64,000 nt of DNA from Flavobacteriaceae bacterium (lineage in GTDB: Bacteria > Bacteroidota > Bacteroidia > Flavobacteriales > Flavobacteriaceae). Shown here one piece after another: positions 58,283-64,000 of the stretch. The stretch lies in assembly GCA_029238215.1 (NCBI GenBank), contig JAQWGN010000002.1, forward strand, positions 235 to 64,234, given 5' to 3'. Under the pieces are notes generated by a model. That model made no database searches. It saw only the letters and a list, made by a program, of their open reading frames with translations, and had not been told where the DNA came from. Position numbers and translations under genes: made by a program. Each line of letters starts with the position of its first letter. The stretch's first letter is position 1.

Positions 58283-59674
58283 ATGAGACTACACGTTGCG
58301 ATTTTCTGTTTTTTTTCAATTCTATCTTTTGGTCAATCACATCCAAACATCCTTGTAATTCATATTGACGACTTAGGATACCATGACCTGAGTATTCATG
58401 GTTCTAAAACGTATCAAACTCCACATATCGATACGCTTGCGAGGCAATCAGTCTCTTTTGCAAAAGCATATGCAAATTACCCAAGATGCGTACCCTCCAG
58501 ATTTTCTATGATAACGGGGAATTACCCGATACAAAATGGAAATATTCCAGATGATGGATTTAAAATTAAAAATATAGCTACAAACAAAAACTTCATTAAA
58601 TCATTTAATGCGATAGGTTATCAGACGGCTTATTTTGGTAAATGGCATTTAGGAGATGAACAAAGTTTACGCGACTTTGGATTTCAATTTAGCTTTGGTG
58701 CAGGAAAAGCTGGCTCACCAATTAGTTTCATCTATCCCTTTAATATTTCCAAGGGAAAAGGGAAGAACAATAAAAAACCAATTCCAGATGTTGATGGCGT
58801 AAGTACTGAAGGTGATTACCTTACTGACGTCATGACAGATCAAGCAATTAATTACTTAAGGCAGCATGATTCATTGACACCATTTATGTTGATGCTTTCA
58901 TACTATGCTGTTCATCAGCCTATTGAAGCAAAATCTAATGATATTGAACTTAACCGTTTAGAAATAGATGCTGTTGACTATGGCAACCAACCCGAATATA
59001 TTCAAGAAGGTACAGGACGAACAAAAATGCGTCAGGATAATCCCGCTTATGCCGCCATGGTAGAAAACTTGGACTATAACATTGGTAAACTTTTAGCTCA
59101 TTTAGACTTTAGTAATGTTTTGGAAAATACAATAATTATTTTTTCATCCGATCATGGAGGATTATCTAATGATGGCTATAACAAAAGGCGGTTGGCTACC
59201 TCAAATTTTCCGTTGCGTGCTGGAAAAGGGTGGCTATACGATGGAGGGATAAAAGTTCCATTATTTATTAAATGGCAAAATAAATTTAAACCTCGAACTG
59301 AAGATACTTCTATTGTAACGCTTATGGATATTTTTCCAACACTGTTAGATATAACTGCCAAAATTGATTTGGGCGTGGACGGAAAAAGCATGCTACCCGT
59401 ACTTTATTCAAAAAAGAAATGGCAAAATCGAACGGTCTACTGGCATTCTGAAAAAGCAAGGCCTAAAAGTACCGGAGACACAAAATCATCTGCAATACGA
59501 AAAGGAAAGTACAAGCTCATTCATTGGTTTGAATCCAATAAGATTGAGCTCTATAATATGGAAAAAGACCCTTATGAAAGACATGATTTAGCCAATGAAA
59601 AACCAAAATTACGACTAGCACTTTTGTCCGATTTGAATGATTGGAAATCTGAAATGGGGCAAGATAAATACTGA
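58283..59674 (+). CDS. Sulfatase (formylglycine-dependent, Cys-type)
   Basis: 463 aa with a signal peptide. Contains IHIDDLG, the CVPSRFSMITG (C-x-P-x-R) formylglycine motif and SSDHGG. Confidence 0.88.
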   Translation: MRLHVAIFCFFSILSFGQSHPNILVIHIDDLGYHDLSIHGSKTYQTPHIDTLARQSVSFAKAYANYPRCVPSRFSMITGNYPIQNGNIPDDGFKIKNIATNKNFIKSFNAIGYQTAYFGKWHLGDEQSLRDFGFQFSFGAGKAGSPISFIYPFNISKGKGKNNKKPIPDVDGVSTEGDYLTDVMTDQAINYLRQHDSLTPFMLMLSYYAVHQPIEAKSNDIELNRLEIDAVDYGNQPEYIQEGTGRTKMRQDNPAYAAMVENLDYNIGKLLAHLDFSNVLENTIIIFSSDHGGLSNDGYNKRRLATSNFPLRAGKGWLYDGGIKVPLFIKWQNKFKPRTEDTSIVTLMDIFPTLLDITAKIDLGVDGKSMLPVLYSKKKWQNRTVYWHSEKARPKSTGDTKSSAIRKGKYKLIHWFESNKIELYNMEKDPYERHDLANEKPKLRLALLSDLNDWKSEMGQDKY

Positions 59675-60157
59675 TTTTTTTGCTGCATTAGCGCTTGCTT
59701 CATTTTAACTTTTTGTTGATTTATTCTTGACTCAAGGAGGATTATTACTTAATCCTAAAAAGCGCCGCTTTGAAAATAGTACTAACAAAAAAACACTAAT
59801 GCAGACTTGGCGTTTTTTCTTATTGCGCGGTTTATTCGTGACCCAAACTTATGGTAGTTCAAACTTTTTGGATGAAATCAATAAATTGATTCAAAAAAAA
59901 ACTAAATTCGTTAATTATTAGCTGAACCAACTTGAAACGTGTTTATACGTTCGGTGTGTTGAGGATTAAGAAGTCAAACTCAACTTTAGTCTATCGTCTA
60001 GGCTCCCGAGATTTAAAGCTAACTTTTGTTTTTATTCAAAGTCTTTTACCTTCAGAAGCCTTTTGTTTCCAACATCCTGATTATCATCGTAGGGTTTAGT
60101 TTTTTCATATTCTAATAAAGCTATTTATATAACATTTTATTTAAGATAATATGAAAA

Positions 60158-61552
60158 ATGAAGACAAGATATATTGATTTAATCGAACAAACATTTGACT
60201 TTCCTCAAGAAGAATTTATGATTTCTGGAAGCCAACTAAGCTTTCATAATATTGATTTGATGAAGTTGGTTGAAACCTATGGCACTCCTCTAAAATTCAC
60301 CTATTTGCCTCAAATCTCTAATAACATAACTAAAGTGAAACTTTGGTTTTCAGATGCTATGGAAAAGCATAATTATCAAGGAACATACCATTATTGTTAT
60401 TGCACAAAAAGCGCACATTTCAAATTTATACTTGATGAAGTATTAAATAACAATATACATATTGAAACCTCTTCGGCAATCGATATAGACATCGTAGAAA
60501 ACTTAAAAAATTCTGGGAAAATAACCAATCAAACCTTTGTATTGTGTAATGGATTTAAGCGCGAACAATACATTTCCAAAATAGGAAGACTGATTAATGA
60601 TGGACACAAAAATTGTATTCCCATTGTGGACAATTATGAAGAACTAAATCTTCTTTCAGCAGCCATTTCAGATACATTTAAAATTGGGATTCGTATTGCC
60701 TCTGAGGAGGAGCCAAAATTTGAATTTTACACCTCAAGATTAGGTATTGGATATAAAAACATTGTACCTTTTTTTAAAGATTACGTACAAAACAACCCCA
60801 AAGTGGAGTTAAAAATGCTTCATTTTTTCATCAATACAGGCATCCGAGATAACGCTTATTATTGGAATGAGTTGCAAAAATGTCTTAGAGTTTACACTAC
60901 TTTAAAAAAGCTCTGCCCTACACTAGACAGTTTAAATATCGGAGGTGGTTTTCCAATTAAAAACTCGCTGAATTTTGATTTTGATTATAGTTATATGATA
61001 GATGAAATCATCAATCAAATTCAAATCAGTTGTGCAGAAGAAAATGTACCTGTACCTGATATTTTTACTGAATTTGGAAGTTTTACTGTTGGAGAAAGTG
61101 GTGGGTCTATTTTTGAAGTGCTGTACCAAAAGCAACAAAACGATAGAGAGAAATGGAATATGATAAATTCCTCTTTTATTACTACGCTACCAGATTCATG
61201 GGCTATCAACAAACGCTTTATTATGCTACCCGTAAACAGATGGGAAGATACCTACGAGCGAGTGCTTTTAGGCGGGCTTACTTGTGATAGTGATGATTAT
61301 TACAACAGTGAACAGCATATTAATGCCATTTACCTTCCAAAGTTTAATCCCCAAAAGCCACTCTACATTGGGTTTTTTAATACAGGAGCTTATCAAGAAA
61401 ACATCGGAGGATATGGCGGATTGCAGCATTGCTTGATTCCAAGTCCAAAACATGTGTTGATAAACAAAGATGAACAAGGGGTAATACAGACGCGTCTTTT
61501 TCGTCCACAACAAACAAAAGAAGATTTTTTTAAAATTTTAGGATATGAATAA
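60158..61552 (+). CDS. speA: PLP-dependent (fold type III) arginine decarboxylase-like enzyme
   Basis: 464 aa with Orn/DAP/Arg decarboxylase layout (YCTKSAHF Lys context, NIGGGFP, GGLTCDSDD). Its stop overlaps the agmatinase gene start. Confidence 0.75.
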   Translation: MKTRYIDLIEQTFDFPQEEFMISGSQLSFHNIDLMKLVETYGTPLKFTYLPQISNNITKVKLWFSDAMEKHNYQGTYHYCYCTKSAHFKFILDEVLNNNIHIETSSAIDIDIVENLKNSGKITNQTFVLCNGFKREQYISKIGRLINDGHKNCIPIVDNYEELNLLSAAISDTFKIGIRIASEEEPKFEFYTSRLGIGYKNIVPFFKDYVQNNPKVELKMLHFFINTGIRDNAYYWNELQKCLRVYTTLKKLCPTLDSLNIGGGFPIKNSLNFDFDYSYMIDEIINQIQISCAEENVPVPDIFTEFGSFTVGESGGSIFEVLYQKQQNDREKWNMINSSFITTLPDSWAINKRFIMLPVNRWEDTYERVLLGGLTCDSDDYYNSEQHINAIYLPKFNPQKPLYIGFFNTGAYQENIGGYGGLQHCLIPSPKHVLINKDEQGVIQTRLFRPQQTKEDFFKILGYE

Positions 61553-62417
61553 TTCCAAAACCTATGCGGGAATTCCTGAACAATATGCAAAACTAGACAG
61601 TGCAGAAATTGTGCTTATTCCAGTTCCATACGATGGTACAAGTAGCTGGCAAAAGGGAGCAGATAAGGGGTTTGATGCCTTTTTAGAGGCTTCTGAAAAT
61701 ATGGAACTTTATGATATTGAAACCAATAGTGAAGTTTATAAAAAAGGAGTTTTTATTGCAGAAATCATTGATGAGAATACCTCTCCTGAAGCTATGGTTG
61801 AGCAGGTCCATAAGACTGTAAAAAGGTATATTCAGCAAAATAAGTTTGTAACCGTTTTTGGTGGAGAACATTCCATTTCTATTGGAACGATACGTGCCTT
61901 TAAGGACTCGTTTAAAAACCTGACGGTTCTTCATTTAGACGCCCATGCCGATTTGAGAGAAGCCTATGATGGAACTTCCTATAACCACGCGTGTGCGGTT
62001 TATGAAGCAAGTAAAACCACCAATCTGGTTCAGGTGGGAATTCGTTCCATGGACAGTAGCGAACGTGATGCGATGAATACAGACAAGGTCTTTTTTGCAG
62101 AGCAAATGATTTACGATAATTCGTGGGTAGATCGTGCTATTGATATGATGACAGATCAAGTCTTTATTACATTGGATGTTGATGTTTTTGATCATTCCAT
62201 AATGCCTTCTACGGGTACTCCCGAACCCGGTGGATTGTTATGGAATGAAACCATTGAGTTCCTCAAAAAAATATTTAAGGAAAAGGAAGTAGTGGGTTTT
62301 GATATTGTTGAGTTGTGTCCAAATCCAACAAACAAAGCACCAGATTTTATGATTGCCAAACTCTATTACAAAATGCTATCCTATAAGTTTTCAAAAGAGG
62401 GTTTTAATTTCTTTTAA
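61545..62417 (+). CDS. speB: Agmatinase (ureohydrolase family)
   Basis: 290 aa with Mn-ligand motifs GGEHS, LDAHADL, DVDVFD and TPEPGGL. Confidence 0.88.
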   Translation: MNNSKTYAGIPEQYAKLDSAEIVLIPVPYDGTSSWQKGADKGFDAFLEASENMELYDIETNSEVYKKGVFIAEIIDENTSPEAMVEQVHKTVKRYIQQNKFVTVFGGEHSISIGTIRAFKDSFKNLTVLHLDAHADLREAYDGTSYNHACAVYEASKTTNLVQVGIRSMDSSERDAMNTDKVFFAEQMIYDNSWVDRAIDMMTDQVFITLDVDVFDHSIMPSTGTPEPGGLLWNETIEFLKKIFKEKEVVGFDIVELCPNPTNKAPDFMIAKLYYKMLSYKFSKEGFNFF

Positions 62418-62475
62418 AAGGTTTACAAACATATTTAGTGAAATAATAAAACGAAACAGTAAAAAAAATTAAACG

Positions 62476-63456
62476 ATGACCAATAATAATAGAGGAGATA
62501 TTTCACAATTTATTGATACTTATTTTTTGCACTTTAATGCTGCTTCATTGGTAGATGCTGCAAAGGCCTACAATGAACAATTGGAAAATGGTTCAAAAAT
62601 GTTGGTTTCTTTAGCTGGAGCTATGAGTACCGCTGAAATTGGGAAAATTTTTTCCGAGATAATCCGAAAAGACAAAGTTCATATTGTGTCTTGTACTGGT
62701 GCTAATCTTGAAGAAGACATAATGAATCTAGTAGCTCATTCTCATTACAAGCGAATTCCCAACTATAGGGATTTAACCCCTCAAGATGAACGGGATTTAC
62801 TGGTCAAGGGTTTAAATCGAGTTACAGACACCTGTATTCCCGAGGATGAAGCTTTCAGGAAATTGCAACGACATATTTTTAAGATTTGGAAAGATGCTGA
62901 AGAAAATGGTGAACGTTTTTTCCCTCATGAATTTATGTACAAACTATTGATGTCTGGTATTTTGGAAAATACTTATGAAATTGATCCCCGAGATTCTTGG
63001 ATGTATGCGGCTGCTAAGAAAAATCTTCCTATGGTAGTGCCTGGATGGGAAGATAGCACCATGGGTAACATTTTTGCTTCTTATGTATTAAAAGGTGAAC
63101 TCAAAGCTAGCACTATGAAATCAGGTATTGAATACATGACTTTTTTGGCTGATTGGTATACTATTAACTCCGGAAATGGGATAGGGTTTTTTCAAATTGG
63201 TGGTGGTATTGCCGGCGATTTTCCCATTTGTGTAGTACCCATGCTCTACCAAGACATGGAAAAAGAAGATACCCCTTTCTGGAATTACTTTTGTCAAATT
63301 AGCGACTCCACAACGAGCTACGGCTCTTATTCTGGAGCTGTTCCTAATGAAAAAATCACTTGGGGAAAACTTGATATTAACACTCCTAAATTTATGATTG
63401 AAAGCGACGCTACCATTGTGGCGCCATTGGTTTTTGCGTACCTATTAAATATGTAA
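62476..63456 (+). CDS. Deoxyhypusine synthase-like protein (probable homospermidine synthase)
   Basis: 326 aa with the DHS-family layout (LAGAMSTAEIG, TGANLEED, GGGI..DF). Sits in an operon downstream of speA/speB. Confidence 0.8.
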   Translation: MTNNNRGDISQFIDTYFLHFNAASLVDAAKAYNEQLENGSKMLVSLAGAMSTAEIGKIFSEIIRKDKVHIVSCTGANLEEDIMNLVAHSHYKRIPNYRDLTPQDERDLLVKGLNRVTDTCIPEDEAFRKLQRHIFKIWKDAEENGERFFPHEFMYKLLMSGILENTYEIDPRDSWMYAAAKKNLPMVVPGWEDSTMGNIFASYVLKGELKASTMKSGIEYMTFLADWYTINSGNGIGFFQIGGGIAGDFPICVVPMLYQDMEKEDTPFWNYFCQISDSTTSYGSYSGAVPNEKITWGKLDINTPKFMIESDATIVAPLVFAYLLNM

Positions 63457-63458
63457 TT

Positions 63459-63749
63459 ATGAAAAGATTAATTGTAGATTATAAAAAACTCACAGCTGAA
63501 ATTTTAGACCTTGTGGTTTCGCAGTATCCGTATGGTTTTGATGATGATATAATAGAGTTTAAGTTGGCCTCTGGTGAAATTGTAGAGGCCATTGAAGTGC
63601 GTTCAGAAGACACGGTTTATTTGGTCAAGATTGGTAGCAAACTCGCAAAAGCCATTAAAGAATATGAAGATACAGTTATTGAAAATGATGATGAGTTCAC
63701 ACATTTTGAAGACGATCAAGTTAGTGATGATGAAACCCTGGAAGAATAA
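63459..63749 (+). CDS. Small acidic hypothetical protein
   Basis: 96 aa with a strongly acidic C-terminus (DDEFTHFEDDQVSDDETLEE). Tightly packed after the DHS-like gene. No family recognised. Confidence 0.5.
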   Translation: MKRLIVDYKKLTAEILDLVVSQYPYGFDDDIIEFKLASGEIVEAIEVRSEDTVYLVKIGSKLAKAIKEYEDTVIENDDEFTHFEDDQVSDDETLEE

Positions 63750-64000
63750 TGAAAATGCCTAATCCCCAACAAAAAGATTTGAAATCAAAAGATATGAGTT
63801 CATTATTTCACATATCACTACCTTGTGCCGATATAGAAAAAACTACAAATTTTTATATAAATATCTTGGGTTGTGAAATGGGCAGAAATGCCCAACATTG
63901 GGTAGATATCAATCTTTTTGGTCATCAAGTTACTTTTACAGAAGTAGGAAAATTTAGCTTTGAGAATCCTAATTACGTTTTTGAAGGAAAGGTGCTGCCT
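63749..64000 (+). CDS. VOC/glyoxalase-fold protein, N-terminal part (runs off the right edge)
   Basis: Not in the supplied ORF track because it has no stop in the window. The ATG at 63749 overlaps the upstream TAA (TAATG). Translation is MKMPNPQQKDLKSKDMSSLFHISLPCADIEKTTNFYINILGCEMGRNAQHWVDINLFGHQVTF..., and FHISLP...FY...LGC resembles VOC-family N-termini. Confidence 0.45.
   Translation, partial: MKMPNPQQKDLKSKDMSSLFHISLPCADIEKTTNFYINILGCEMGRNAQHWVDINLFGHQVTFTEVGKFSFENPNYVFEGKVLP

Noticed and set aside
59727-59921. 64-aa ORF in the sulfatase-speA spacer
   Set aside because: It has a TTG start, no promoter-like box in a sensible position, no recognisable homology, and a K/N/F-rich composition expected from AT-rich non-coding DNA.

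Overview
This is a 64-kb chromosomal segment from a Flavobacteriia-type Bacteroidota genome. Supporting signals: tmRNA tag peptide GENNYALAA, TAnnTTTG -7 promoter boxes, fused SecDF and CcsBA, type IX secretion (T9SS) C-terminal sorting domains, and a Rho factor with a long low-complexity N-terminal insertion. Most of the window is densely packed housekeeping genes (kdsA, typA, ftsE, asnB, gyrB, mdh, secDF, lgt, yidD, cysS, folE, proS, rpsT, rho, truA, cdaA, folP, tpiA, prmA, clpS, bshB1, guaB, surA-like, ccsBA), plus tmRNA, tRNA-Glu and tRNA-His. Accessory-looking parts are: (i) a surface-polysaccharide module at 3.5-9.2 kb (FdtA/FdtB-type 3-amino-sugar genes, a flippase and two glycosyltransferases); (ii) a secreted-protein patch at 50.9-59.7 kb (GH10 xylanase, CotH-like T9SS protein, beta-helix T9SS protein, sulfatase); (iii) an arginine-to-homospermidine polyamine operon at 60.2-63.5 kb. 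The main hunting result is three single-gene insertions with the same architecture (25.75-26.83 kb, 38.05-38.85 kb, 55.31-58.13 kb). Each carries one gene for an exported protein and is bracketed by 26-, 38- or 52-bp direct repeats that duplicate the 3' terminus or terminator of the convergent resident gene (rho, M28 peptidase, CotH). None contains a transposase or integrase. In the 38-bp pair, the orphan copy differs from the intact gene end only by three synonymous changes. This suggests a recurring 3'-end-targeted, Campbell-type cassette insertion mechanism. Other points worth a second look: a recombinase-like ORF reading into the tmRNA 3' end at the left edge, an in-frame TAA directly after the signal peptide of one cassette gene, an aromatic/Arg-Ser-rich low-complexity lipoprotein paired with a FadL-like outer-membrane protein, and a porin/flavinylated-protein/4-TM operon. 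No CRISPR array, IS element or rRNA was seen.
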